64,000 nt of DNA from an uncultured virus (IMG/VR IMGVR_UViG_3300017643_000041) (IMGVR_UViG_3300017643_000041); one strand, 5' to 3'. Shown: positions 42,870 through 53,227, counted from the stretch's first letter. Program-made: numbers and translations. Notes: generated by a model not told the origin, from the sequence alone.

Positions 42870-45486
42870 AGCTGCCACCCTGGGGCATGTTATTTTTTCG
42901 GATTTAGAAAAAAATGACTATCTGAATGATATATATAGTGCTATTTTATTTAATTATGCAATCAAGTTATTTAATTTAAATGAAAATAAGTCAGAACAAT
43001 TTGATCTTAATGATGCTCTTCGCTTTGCAGATCTTCTTTCAAAATCATACGGAGTAAAAAAATCTGAAATGCATCACCTGTGGGCACAGGAGATAGTAGC
43101 GCTTATTAACGAACTTTATCCTGAAAATAAAATGGTTCGTTATTATACTGGTTCGGTGCTTTCCAGTATAGGAAATTTTCGAGGAGTATCATTACGTGCT
43201 GAAGGGTATCATAGCGATGATGTACTTGAGCAACTAGCCACTGAAATGAAAAAAGAATATTTGCGCATTCCTGCAGCGCAGGATAGTTATTTCTTTTTAG
43301 CACAGAAGGAAATATATGATAAATTCGAAGCTGCATATTTTAGTTATTCTGCGCCAACATCGTTAGGAAAATCTTATGTTATGCGGATGTTTATAAAAGA
43401 GCAGATAAAAAAAGACAATCTGCAAAATTTTGCTATTCTTGTTCCGACAAAGGCACTCATTAATGAAGTTACATCCAGCATTTCAGATGATTTAAAAGAT
43501 ATGTTGTCTGAAAAAGATTATCGCATTGTGACTTCTGCTGGAGCAATGGCCTTAGAGGAAAAGCATAATTATATTTTTATTATGACGCCGGAGAGAATGC
43601 TGTATCTTCTAATTATCATGCGTGATATCCCAATTGAATATTTGTTCGTTGATGAGGCACATAAAATTTCCAAAAAAGACGGCCGTAGTGCTTTTTATTA
43701 TAAAGTTGTTGATATGTTGTCTCAACGGACTCATCAACCTCATATTATTTTTGCTTCGCCAAATATACCAAATCCAGAAGTTTATTTACAGCTTATTCCT
43801 GGTATAGAAGACGGACAGAATAATAAATTAGCTACATCATATGCACCAGTGAATCAAGAAAAGTTCATGATTGATATGAAGGGCCATGAGCTTCATGTAT
43901 ACAATGAAATTACTCAGGAACTTCGAAAGATTGGTGAATTTAATGAAGAAAAAGGTCTGCTTGATTTTGTTAGAGAATTTAGCAAAGATAAACGCACCAT
44001 TGTATACTGTGATTCTAAAGACAAAGTCATTGAGTTGGCAAAAGATTATGCGGATACACTTCCTGATCTGCAAGATCCAGAACTAGATGCTTTAGCAGAA
44101 GATATTAGGCAAAATATACATGTATCATATTATTTAGCTGATGTCATAAAAAAAGGCATTGCATATCACATGGGCTATCTTCCTGCTTCAATTCGTACTC
44201 GTATTGAAGATATATATAAGCGAAAAGATGGCAATATAAGGACGCTGTTTAGTACAAGTACGCTTCTTGAAGGAGTTAATCTTCCTGCTGATAATTTATT
44301 TATAACAAGCAATAAAAATGGCAGAATAATGTCTCCAATTGAATTTAGAAATTTGATGGGGCGTGTTGGACGTATAGAGTTTAATCTATATGGGAATGTT
44401 TTCCTTGTTTGCATGCCGAGAAAGGCTAATGTAAAAAGGTATTTGGAATTATTACGAAAAAATATTGAACCGCAACAATTATCTGTAGTTTCAGCTCTTT
44501 CTCAGGAACAAAAAGAAAAAATAGTAGCTTCTCTTAGACAGGGAAATGCCGAAATGACATTGGAGCATGGCCAAGATAATGAAGAGTATTCTCTTATGAG
44601 AAAAATCTCAAGTATTCTCCTTCGAGATGTCATGTGTGGTAGACATAATAGTCGTGTATATCGAGAATTTGAACCATTATTGGTGGATGGAATAGATTCA
44701 GAAATAAAGACTGCTTTTCTCCAAAAAGAATCACAACCAGATGATAACATTAGTTTGACTCATGATCAGACAGAAACACTTACCAACAGAATTAGAGCCG
44801 GATTACACTATCCGGCCATAACTATTGGCTGCATGGCAAAGTATGACGATATAGTTGCTTTTTTAAATACCCTGTGTGATATTTTTAAATGGGACAAATA
44901 TGAGAGTGGCACTCTCGGTTACCATAAAATAGGAGAAGACGGCGTTGTCATTCATTCTAAAATTCGTTGGTATGCTTATGTATTAAATCAATGGATCTAT
45001 GGAGTTAGCTTAAGGCAAATGATTTCGGCTACAATATTTAATAATCTAAAGCCTGGTTCTAACGCAAAAGTGAGATACAAGAATCAATGGGTACCCTTCG
45101 AGAACAAGCCGAAACTTATAAATGCGCTAATTTCATCAATGCTGGAGACCGTTGAAGATGTTATCTTATTTAGACTATCAAACTATTTTTTAAAGTTTTC
45201 GGAAGCTTATAGGATGGTGTATCCAGACAGGCAGTTTATGGATTGGTATGAATTCGTAGAATACGGAGCAACGGAGCCACTAATAATCTGGCTTCAGCGT
45301 AATGGATTTACCAGAGAAACGGCAACCTACATTTATGCAAACCATACAAAATTTGTTATGAATATTAATAGTGGTATTTTTTTATCGGAAGGATTATTAG
45401 ACTGTGATAATAAAAGCGTTCAACGCGAAGCAAAGCAAGTGCATTACAACAACCATGAGATATTTCTTCCAGCGTTTTTAATGTAA
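42862..45486 (+). CDS. hamB: Hachiman HamB Ski2-like DEAH helicase
   Basis: APTSLGKS, VPTKAL, TPER, DEAH, STSTLLEGVNLP, NLMGRVGR. Confidence 0.85.
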   Translation: MSEAATLGHVIFSDLEKNDYLNDIYSAILFNYAIKLFNLNENKSEQFDLNDALRFADLLSKSYGVKKSEMHHLWAQEIVALINELYPENKMVRYYTGSVLSSIGNFRGVSLRAEGYHSDDVLEQLATEMKKEYLRIPAAQDSYFFLAQKEIYDKFEAAYFSYSAPTSLGKSYVMRMFIKEQIKKDNLQNFAILVPTKALINEVTSSISDDLKDMLSEKDYRIVTSAGAMALEEKHNYIFIMTPERMLYLLIIMRDIPIEYLFVDEAHKISKKDGRSAFYYKVVDMLSQRTHQPHIIFASPNIPNPEVYLQLIPGIEDGQNNKLATSYAPVNQEKFMIDMKGHELHVYNEITQELRKIGEFNEEKGLLDFVREFSKDKRTIVYCDSKDKVIELAKDYADTLPDLQDPELDALAEDIRQNIHVSYYLADVIKKGIAYHMGYLPASIRTRIEDIYKRKDGNIRTLFSTSTLLEGVNLPADNLFITSNKNGRIMSPIEFRNLMGRVGRIEFNLYGNVFLVCMPRKANVKRYLELLRKNIEPQQLSVVSALSQEQKEKIVASLRQGNAEMTLEHGQDNEEYSLMRKISSILLRDVMCGRHNSRVYREFEPLLVDGIDSEIKTAFLQKESQPDDNISLTHDQTETLTNRIRAGLHYPAITIGCMAKYDDIVAFLNTLCDIFKWDKYESGTLGYHKIGEDGVVIHSKIRWYAYVLNQWIYGVSLRQMISATIFNNLKPGSNAKVRYKNQWVPFENKPKLINALISSMLETVEDVILFRLSNYFLKFSEAYRMVYPDRQFMDWYEFVEYGATEPLIIWLQRNGFTRETATYIYANHTKFVMNINSGIFLSEGLLDCDNKSVQREAKQVHYNNHEIFLPAFLM

Positions 45487-45577
45487 ATATATAGATTGAA
45501 TAAGTATCCTACGATATGGCTGCGAGGATATTCTTAAATTGGTAGTTGCAAACAATTTTTAATTAAGGAGGAGTATC

Positions 45578-46543
45578 ATGGCAGTAACACATTTGTATGA
45601 GATCTTTTGTGATTCCTTACAAGAAGGTTTATGGTTTAAAAAGTTAAACAATAGTTTTTCTGAAGCTCGACTTGTTGTTATACCCAATTCTCAAAAAGGT
45701 CAACAAAAATATGGGATTGATAAAGTGCTTCAATATGATCGACCGGACATAGTACTCAAGGATAACGATGATGTTATTTTTGTTTTGGAAAGGACAGTAG
45801 AAGTTCCAAGTGGGCATAATGTTGGACAGCGTTTTGGCAGATTGGTTGCTGCAGCTAAAGAACGCATACCTGTTGTATATTTTGGCCCATACATGGCATA
45901 TAAACATGGTGGTGCTACCGCAGGCCCACGATATATGAACCTTCGGTTGTTCTATTCTCTAAAAAAGGTTTCTGAATATTATAATACCGCTATTACTACA
46001 ATTAATTGGCCGGTTGACAAACGGTGTGAGGTACTCAAAACCTCTCAAAAAGATGCGAGAGTAGTTGAATATATTAATCTTTACATGAGTTACTATAATA
46101 TGCATGGCTTTTGTGGATTAACGGAATATCTAAAGAACTCACGTTTCCAAGAGGAACAGTATATTGAGCAATTAAGTTTTGCGGAAAATGATATACAAAA
46201 TCCTGAACAATATAATATTCCTCCTGAATCTGTTGAAATAATATCTGTATCGAAATTTGAACAATCTTATTGCCCAATACCAGTTATACCACTTCAAATT
46301 AATCAAATTGAACTTTATCATATTGGAATGACATATATTAGGTCTGATCCTTATGCTGGGATGGCAGCCTTATACCATTATTTGTATGGTGGTAAAAATG
46401 TGGCTCAAATTTTGCATTTTCCAAATATTCAATATGAAGAGTGGGTTAATCTTAGAAGGTCAACTAAAACATATAGGATGTTCAAAGAATTTAGTTTTGC
46501 AATTCTTTTTGCTGACCGCTTGGTGCTTAACAGCGACTTGTAA
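45578..46543 (+). CDS. Restriction endonuclease large subunit (BtsI-like, tentative)
   Basis: RPDIVL...VLERT PD-(D/E)xK-like motif; adjacent to two MTases. Confidence 0.6.
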   Translation: MAVTHLYEIFCDSLQEGLWFKKLNNSFSEARLVVIPNSQKGQQKYGIDKVLQYDRPDIVLKDNDDVIFVLERTVEVPSGHNVGQRFGRLVAAAKERIPVVYFGPYMAYKHGGATAGPRYMNLRLFYSLKKVSEYYNTAITTINWPVDKRCEVLKTSQKDARVVEYINLYMSYYNMHGFCGLTEYLKNSRFQEEQYIEQLSFAENDIQNPEQYNIPPESVEIISVSKFEQSYCPIPVIPLQINQIELYHIGMTYIRSDPYAGMAALYHYLYGGKNVAQILHFPNIQYEEWVNLRRSTKTYRMFKEFSFAILFADRLVLNSDL

Positions 46544-46573
46544 TAATTTTTAATCTGCGGTTACAATGCATAC

Positions 46574-46628
46574 TTGATATTGCAGCAGTGCTATGCTATC
46601 ATATGATAGCATGGCATTGCTGCAATAT
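46574..46628 (+). promoter_or_regulatory. Promoter overlapped by a 52-bp palindrome containing GCAGTG
   Basis: TTGATA-17-TATCAT with extended TG; palindrome 46577-46628 with 2 mismatches. Confidence 0.75.
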
Positions 46629-46638
46629 GGAGGAGTTA

Positions 46639-48381
46639 ATGAAAACAATAATTCGAAATTTAAGAAACAAAACAGGTCTTTCACAAGTGAAATTTGCTGT
46701 ATTTTTGGGGGTGTCTGTCGCTTCATTGCGTAGATGGGAAGCAGGAGATGCAATTCCTTCCCCAATGGCGCAAAAGCGAATAAAAGAAATGCTAGCTTTA
46801 TCAGACGATGAATTATTAAATAAGAGTAGTCATATTGAAATTCCACAAGAGAAAATTTCGGATGAAGCTTATAAAACTTGCTTCTATTGGAAGAATAAAG
46901 AATATGAAGCCGAATGGTCACCTTATGTTATTAATGGACCGGCAGATCAATTTGATTTTTTTAATACATTAAAAAATATGCAGCAAAAAGCAGATACTAA
47001 GTTGTCAGAAGATGATTATTTTTTACGTTTATCTCTTCTCCGATCGGTTAATGGCGTTGAGACATCTCAGTATTTAATGGAGAGGCCAAAACAGAGTGCA
47101 AAGAGTTGGTCATCAGATTATGGAACACACGGATTTCACAGGTATGTTGGTCGTTTCCCATCACATCTAATCAGAGCACTTGTTAATTCTTTTGGAGCAA
47201 CAAAAAAAGATGTGATTCTTGATCCTTTTTGTGGAAGCGGAACAACGCTTGTTGAGGCAAGGATGCTTGGTGTTCCGGCTAAGGGAATAGAAATATCACC
47301 TTTGTCAGCTATGATGAGTAGAGTAAAAAGTCAATTTCCAACAGAGGGGATTCCAGTTAAGGATATTATTTCTAAGCTTAATGCCTTTTATAATAAAAAA
47401 TGGAATTTGTTTGTTAAAGGCAGATCCTTTGATGATATATCTTATGATGCAATTTTGAGTAGGTCAGGAAATGAGATTAAACGGTTTCCAAATATCCAAC
47501 GTTGGTTTACGAAAGAGGCTCTTCTTGGTACGTCAATAGCTGTAGAGTTTATTAAGAAATATAATGGCTATTATAAGGACTTCTTGACTATTGCGCTTTC
47601 TGCTAAGATGAGAAGTATTGGCAATGTTGACGTTGATGTAGTTAGAGCAGAATATCGCAAAACACCTCGTCAAAATGTTGACGTTTTAAAATTGTTCAGA
47701 AAGCAAATTCAAAAAATGCATTCTGGAATAAATGACGTAGTATCTGCATGCCAAAAGACGCTTGGCAAAGCAAATAGCATTGACGTTATTGAAGGTAGTG
47801 TTTTAGAAGCGTCATTTTCTAAAAAATCAATTGCCAATATTATTACTTCACCGCCTTACGGTGTGGAATCATTGAGTTATTTGCGAACACATTTACTGTC
47901 ATTCAGAGCATTGGAATCTATTCTGGGGGTGGATCCCTATAATTTTGGCGATGGCATAATAGGGTCTGAATACTTAGATGACGCTGATCCTAACATCAAA
48001 AAGTTCATTGTTAATGGTGCAAGCAGTACTTATGTTTCATATTTTGATAATATGCTTGAGAATGCCAAGAAGCCACTTGATAAAAAGCGGATTGTTATGA
48101 TGATGCAATTCTTTGAGGACATGTATAATGTTATAAAGAAGTTCTCTGTCTGGATAAAGGACAATGGCAATGTTGCATTCATTATTGGAAATAAAAAAAT
48201 AGGTGATTCTATTGTCCCTACAGATAAAATAATAATAGATATCTTTGAGCATTTTGGGTTCAAACTAAAGGGTTTGATTTCGCATAAATTAAAAACAAAC
48301 AACAGTAATTCCCAAGTTCCATGGCAAGACAGAATAATAGAAAACGAATACGTACTGTTGTTTCAGAAGGTGGATAAATGA
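46639..48381 (+). CDS. Xre-HTH-fused alpha-class amino (probably N4-C) DNA methyltransferase M1
   Basis: GLSQVKFAVFLGVSVASLRRWE HTH; THGFHRY, DPFCGSGTT, TSPPY. Confidence 0.88.
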   Translation: MKTIIRNLRNKTGLSQVKFAVFLGVSVASLRRWEAGDAIPSPMAQKRIKEMLALSDDELLNKSSHIEIPQEKISDEAYKTCFYWKNKEYEAEWSPYVINGPADQFDFFNTLKNMQQKADTKLSEDDYFLRLSLLRSVNGVETSQYLMERPKQSAKSWSSDYGTHGFHRYVGRFPSHLIRALVNSFGATKKDVILDPFCGSGTTLVEARMLGVPAKGIEISPLSAMMSRVKSQFPTEGIPVKDIISKLNAFYNKKWNLFVKGRSFDDISYDAILSRSGNEIKRFPNIQRWFTKEALLGTSIAVEFIKKYNGYYKDFLTIALSAKMRSIGNVDVDVVRAEYRKTPRQNVDVLKLFRKQIQKMHSGINDVVSACQKTLGKANSIDVIEGSVLEASFSKKSIANIITSPPYGVESLSYLRTHLLSFRALESILGVDPYNFGDGIIGSEYLDDADPNIKKFIVNGASSTYVSYFDNMLENAKKPLDKKRIVMMMQFFEDMYNVIKKFSVWIKDNGNVAFIIGNKKIGDSIVPTDKIIIDIFEHFGFKLKGLISHKLKTNNSNSQVPWQDRIIENEYVLLFQKVDK

Positions 48382-48893
48382 AAATAACAGAGAGCTTTGT
48401 TCACGTTGCTATGCGTGAATATTTAAAACGCGAGAAATGGTTACTTATAGCTGGGGAGTACCCAAATGGATCAGACGATGAGCTTAATGTTTTGAGCATT
48501 TCAGATCCAGATTTAGCAAGAGACAATAGTCCAGATCCACGGCGTCATAGTACTGGTGAAATAATTCCAGATCTTATTGCATACAAAAACAATGTTGTTA
48601 TTATTGTCGAAGCAAAGCCAAACTATTCTTATGATGATAAAGAAAAACTTATTAATTTAATCGTCAATAAAAGAAAGCGCCTTGTAAATTCATTAAAGAA
48701 ATTTTCTTATGGTAAAACAATATTTTGTAATATTAATTTCGATACTGTTAAGTATGTTCCAGTTTTGGCTTATGGCAACCCAAGCTATGAGGTTGTACAC
48801 ATAGATTCCGGTTTTGGACACTTATATGTGAGATCATTGAGCGAAGCAAAATTGTTGTTTTTTGACTTGCCTCAAATCGAGGTTTTATTATGA
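48378..48893 (+). CDS. Restriction endonuclease small subunit
   Basis: IPDLIAY...IVEAKP PD-ExK motif; ATGA coupling to both MTases. Confidence 0.65.
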   Translation: MKITESFVHVAMREYLKREKWLLIAGEYPNGSDDELNVLSISDPDLARDNSPDPRRHSTGEIIPDLIAYKNNVVIIVEAKPNYSYDDKEKLINLIVNKRKRLVNSLKKFSYGKTIFCNINFDTVKYVPVLAYGNPSYEVVHIDSGFGHLYVRSLSEAKLLFFDLPQIEVLL

Positions 48894-50056
48894 CAAAAGA
48901 AGAACTGATTGCAAAAATAAAAGAAATAGACTGGGAATTTGCAGAGGCAGATACTCAGTACCTCACGCATAATATTCATAGATATTCAGGAAAGTTTATC
49001 CCCCAAATAGCAGGAAAAGTAATAGAGCTGATTACAAAGCCACAGGATATTGTGCTTGATTCCTATATGGGATCTGGAACTACACTTCTGGAAGCCTTGA
49101 TTAGGAACAGGAATGCAATTGGTGTCGATTTAAATCCGCTTGCAGTTTTGATCAGTAAAGTAAAAACTACCGTTATCTGTAACAATGATATTGCTGAAAT
49201 ACGCTCAGAATTGCTTCCGTATGTTTCCTATTTGGCTTCAGGTAGTCAACTTTCTTTGCCGTTTCAGACATTTGACGAAGAAAAAATTAATGCTCAGTAT
49301 GAAAAAAATAAATGGCGTATTGAAGATTTATGGAATCAAAAATGGTATCAAGCAGACGTACTTGCACAATTAGTTCAAATATATAGTTGCATTGAAACAA
49401 TTGAAAATGAGAAGGCAAAAAATATCGCACTTGTTGCTTTTAGCGATATACTTAGAAAATCTAGTAATGCAAGTAGCAAGTATCCAAATGTAATGTTTGA
49501 TAAAAATGCAAAAAAAAAGCATCTTCCTGCAAAAGCGTTTATTGAATCACTAAACCATGTTATTGATGCAGTTGAATCAATGACGCGGACGCTGAAAGAT
49601 ATACCAGCTTCATTAAGCATTTATTTACAAAATAATCTAAACCTTCCTTTTGGTGCTAAGTCAGTAGATGCTATTGTAGCACATCCCCCGTATATTGCAG
49701 CTATACCATATGCAGAATACGGATCATTGAGCTTATCTTGGCTAGGATACAATAGTAAGGAACTTGATGGTGAACTTACAGGTGGGAAAAGACATTCTTC
49801 ACAGGTTGTAAGTAGATTCTCCGATGATTATAAAAAATATTTTATAGAAAGTTATAGGGTATTAAAACCAGGCCATTTTATGTTTTTAATGGTTGGGAAT
49901 CCTGTTTCACATGGTGAAAAAGTAGAACTTAATGCCATGACTATAGAATATGCAGAACAGGCAGGCTTTTGTCATGTGACTACAGCCATAAGACATGGAC
50001 AAAATAGGCGCGGAAATAAAATGGGCGATGAATATCTTATCTTTTTTATGAAATAG
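48890..50056 (+). CDS. Alpha-class amino DNA methyltransferase M2
   Basis: THNIHRYSGKF, DSYMGSGTT, HPPY, YRVLKPG. Confidence 0.88.
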   Translation: MTKEELIAKIKEIDWEFAEADTQYLTHNIHRYSGKFIPQIAGKVIELITKPQDIVLDSYMGSGTTLLEALIRNRNAIGVDLNPLAVLISKVKTTVICNNDIAEIRSELLPYVSYLASGSQLSLPFQTFDEEKINAQYEKNKWRIEDLWNQKWYQADVLAQLVQIYSCIETIENEKAKNIALVAFSDILRKSSNASSKYPNVMFDKNAKKKHLPAKAFIESLNHVIDAVESMTRTLKDIPASLSIYLQNNLNLPFGAKSVDAIVAHPPYIAAIPYAEYGSLSLSWLGYNSKELDGELTGGKRHSSQVVSRFSDDYKKYFIESYRVLKPGHFMFLMVGNPVSHGEKVELNAMTIEYAEQAGFCHVTTAIRHGQNRRGNKMGDEYLIFFMK

Positions 50057-50148
50057 AGTAAAAATTGCATTTTTACTTATTTTCAGATGAGGAAATATTC
50101 CCCAAGAGCGTTTTGGAAATGTTCCCTCATTTATAACCCCAAAAATCG

Positions 50149-50214
50149 GACATCAAGCGAAACGTATCGTTCCATGTTGAGACGGTAGTATTGATGTCAA
50201 GGGTAAAAGAATAA
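50149..50214 (+). other. att-like junction carrying the 3' end of rlmD (rumA)
   Basis: GACATCAA...TTGATGTC 50-bp imperfect inverted repeat centred on CA at 50173-50174; CAT GTT GAG ACG... encodes HVETVVLMSRVKE then stop. Confidence 0.75.
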
Positions 50215-50459
50215 GGGTAATAAGAAGCCTGTAAATAAAGGCTTTCCGGGGGTTTAGAGCAAAAATCTGATTTGTTAGAATCGTGAAAATATCTGTTCGT
50301 GGGAACAAGTCCAAAGGTATGATTTTGAACGTGACAGAGCGATTTAGATAACATGGGTTTGCGTGTGGTCGATTTAGATTACATCGGCTTGCAGTGGTCA
50401 ATTTAGATGTTTTACATATTTACACCTTTGCAGTATGCTTGTTATAAAGGTGGGGGAGA

Positions 50460-51683
50460 ATGGAGGTATTCCTATTGCAATTTTTTGATAGTTTATACAA
50501 CTTGATTAACATCGATGTCAAAACAACAATTCTCATCTTGTTCTGGGGCAATTTGTTCTTTCTGATGATGGCATTTGCTTTTTTAATAAGCAACACTCAC
50601 ATATCTGAGAAGGAGCTGTTTAAAAAATTTATCTTTTCCAAACTGGTGCAGGCTCTGGGTTGGATTGCTTTCGCATTTCGGGGACAAATCCCTGAAATAG
50701 TTTCGGTAAACTTGGGTAATTCACTTCTTTATTTTGGGTTTTATCTTGAGTCCATGGCTTTGATTACGATAACAAAGGACATCACATCAATTATTAATCG
50801 GATTCAATTCGGGATAATGTTAGCTGGGGTTGTCACTTTCAATTTTATAGTTATATGTGGTGCATCACCTAGTTATTGGGTGGGTGTAGCGTCAGTAATT
50901 ATAATATCCATATATCTGATCCCTGCCATTGCCTATGTTTTTAACAAAAACGGCAGCCAGTTCAAACGATTTCTGGGAAGTTTACAACTAATGATATGCA
51001 TTGCGATGGTGTTCCGAGCAACAATAGGTTTTATGAATAAAAGTGTATCACTATTATCAAACAATTTTGTGCAATCGGTCACATTTTTGATTTTTATATT
51101 TTTAATGATGATTAACAGCAGCGGATTCATGTTAATGATATACGAAAGCGTTAATGACCAATTAAAAAAACTTGCCAACATGGATCCCTTGACACATGTA
51201 AAAAACCGAAGAAATTTTATGGAAACCGCTTCAACTTATTTTAGTTTTTGCAAGCGTCAGAATTTGCCATTGTCTTTTCTTTTCATCGATATCGACTATT
51301 TCAAAAAAATTAATGACCAATTTGGACATCAGGTAGGAGATGAAGCACTAATTCAAACTGCAGAAATTATATCAAAAAACATTCGCGAATCAGATATTTG
51401 CGGCAGATATGGCGGGGAGGAGTTTGTCGTTTTGCTTCCCGATACCGATTGTCAGACGGGAATCGAAGTGGGTAACCGGATTAGAAAAATTATAGAAAAT
51501 ACTCCTTTTCATGAGAAGGACACCATAAAATTCACTGTTAGCATAGGATTGTTTTCTGATATTCCTAAAACAGATGGCGATTTGGATAAATTCATAGCCA
51601 ACAGCGATAATGCCATGTATAAAGCAAAAAGGACAGGCAGAAACCGCTTGTGCGTCTATGATCCGACTTTTGTGACAGATTGA
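50460..51683 (+). CDS. Membrane-bound diguanylate cyclase
   Basis: Multiple TM segments; DPLT, DIDYFKKIND.FGH, RESD I-site, GGEEF. Confidence 0.92.
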   Translation: MEVFLLQFFDSLYNLINIDVKTTILILFWGNLFFLMMAFAFLISNTHISEKELFKKFIFSKLVQALGWIAFAFRGQIPEIVSVNLGNSLLYFGFYLESMALITITKDITSIINRIQFGIMLAGVVTFNFIVICGASPSYWVGVASVIIISIYLIPAIAYVFNKNGSQFKRFLGSLQLMICIAMVFRATIGFMNKSVSLLSNNFVQSVTFLIFIFLMMINSSGFMLMIYESVNDQLKKLANMDPLTHVKNRRNFMETASTYFSFCKRQNLPLSFLFIDIDYFKKINDQFGHQVGDEALIQTAEIISKNIRESDICGRYGGEEFVVLLPDTDCQTGIEVGNRIRKIIENTPFHEKDTIKFTVSIGLFSDIPKTDGDLDKFIANSDNAMYKAKRTGRNRLCVYDPTFVTD

Positions 51684-51735
51684 TGATATTTTAAATCCTA
51701 TGGGATATTAGACAATCAAGTGAAACAATAAAAAA

Positions 51736-52950
51736 CGTAAATTGCAATAGCAAATTGAACAAAAACCACAATCTATAATGATTCTCAACAAGCATACACC
51801 TTGTCCAAGAATGTATCGAAGAGATCCTCTGGCGTATGGTAGCCCAGCACCCGTCTTGGACGGCTGTTGAGCTCATCAGCAAAGGATAAAATTTCTTCAT
51901 CGGTGTACTGCTCAATGGATTCGCCTTTTGGAATGTAATCGCGCAGCATGCCGTTGTGACGCTCGTTATGCGGCCGCTCCCATGAACTGTATGGATGTGC
52001 AAAGTAAACCCTTGTACCCCAGGATTCAACATTGGAGAAGTTCTCAAACTCCGGTCCGTTGTCCGCCGTTATTGTCTTGAATACTTGAGCAAATTGATTA
52101 CCATATTGCTCATGGAGCTGAGCCATTGCTTGGCTGACGCCAGCGCTGTTTCTGCCAGAAATCTTAATGGCAATATAGTGATCTGTGATACGTTCTACCA
52201 TGGTGAAGACAACAGATTCCTTGCCTTGACGCTTCCCAACGACTGTATCCGCTTCCCAGTGACCGAATTCTTCGTGCTCATCAACAATGGCAGGACGTTC
52301 ATCAATGCTACGTCCAAGCATGCGCTTGTTCTTGCGGTTCCATTTGCGGTGCTGCTTGCGTGAAAGGGCGCGTGGCACATCGAATACGGTAATCGGCAGC
52401 TTGCCGGCCCACAGCATGTTGTACAGAGTCTTGGTGCAGACCATCGTCTCTTTTGGAAATAGCTGATGCAGCTTGGCATAGCCGACGCATACATCCAGAG
52501 ACCAATGCTTTTCACGGACCTGCTTGACTAGCCATTGAATAAACGGCTCGAATAGGGCATCATCAAGTTTGAAGGGTTTGCGGCAGTGCGTGCGATGTTC
52601 ATTGTAGGCGGATTGCCCACGCTTGGCCATGTATATGGGAATTCGGCCACGGCTACTGGTACGCTGAGGCGTACCGCGTCGTAATTCGTACCATACAGTA
52701 GCATGTGCACAGCCTACGGCATCAGCAATGGCTCGTAATGACAAGCCTTGACGCTTTAGTGTTTGAATTGCACCACGCTCATCAAGGGTAAGATGCGTGC
52801 CCCGTTTACGAGATGTATCGTCTGTGTTAGAATGGAGTTGATCCATAATGATTGCTCCTTTGTAGATTGTTGTTTTAGCGATTACATTCTAACACAAGGT
52901 TCATCATTATGGATTTTATTTATTTGTTCAATTTCATTTTACAACTAACC
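51736..52950 (-). mobile_element. IS30-family insertion sequence
   Basis: 26-bp imperfect terminal IRs ending AAATTGAACA (19 of 26 match); ~1.2 kb. Confidence 0.85.
51785..52846 (-). CDS. IS30-family DDE transposase
   Basis: HLTLDER HTH, GHWEADTV, TADNGPEF, PYSSWERPHNE, RPRRVLGY. Confidence 0.95.
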   Translation of the reverse strand: MDQLHSNTDDTSRKRGTHLTLDERGAIQTLKRQGLSLRAIADAVGCAHATVWYELRRGTPQRTSSRGRIPIYMAKRGQSAYNEHRTHCRKPFKLDDALFEPFIQWLVKQVREKHWSLDVCVGYAKLHQLFPKETMVCTKTLYNMLWAGKLPITVFDVPRALSRKQHRKWNRKNKRMLGRSIDERPAIVDEHEEFGHWEADTVVGKRQGKESVVFTMVERITDHYIAIKISGRNSAGVSQAMAQLHEQYGNQFAQVFKTITADNGPEFENFSNVESWGTRVYFAHPYSSWERPHNERHNGMLRDYIPKGESIEQYTDEEILSFADELNSRPRRVLGYHTPEDLFDTFLDKVYAC

Positions 52951-52952
52951 CT

Positions 52953-53114
52953 TTAAATTCTTTAAGTACTCAAAATAGAAATAGTGCTTTGAATGTAATA
53001 GAAAATTGGCGAGATAAAAAGCTGGAGATATCAGTAGAAGTGAAATCAGCCTTACAAAAATTAAAAAAAGTAGAGGTTAATGAAAAACTAAAAGAAAGAT
53101 TGCGTAATTTCTGA
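52953..53114 (+). pseudogene. 3' remnant of a gene cut by IS30
   Basis: Open frame LNSLSTQNRNSALNVIENW...LRNF then stop, starting at the IS edge with no start codon. Confidence 0.45.
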
Positions 53115-53180
53115 TAGTATTAGTTTTACCGTCTATTGGTTTTTATCTTTAAATTTTATTTTCACGTAGGCAGATATATA

Positions 53181-53227
53181 GCTAGCCTTAGAGGACATCA
53201 TCAATTCCTCCAAGGCTAGCTTCTTTT
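53181..53227. terminator. Terminator downstream of recombinase cassette 2
   Basis: GCTAGCCTTAGAGG / CCTCCAAGGCTAGC plus T-rich tail. Confidence 0.7.

Larger units (their letters stand above)
1..50173. mobile_element. Prophage element 1 (serine-recombinase siphovirus-type); left end lies outside the window
   Basis: Contiguous recombinase, replication, packaging, head, tail, lysis and defence modules ending at an att-like site at ~50173. Confidence 0.85.

Noticed and set aside
47668..47695. TCGTCAAA inside the M1 methyltransferase gene
   Set aside because: No CTCCA at 13-nt spacing and intragenic, so a chance half-site
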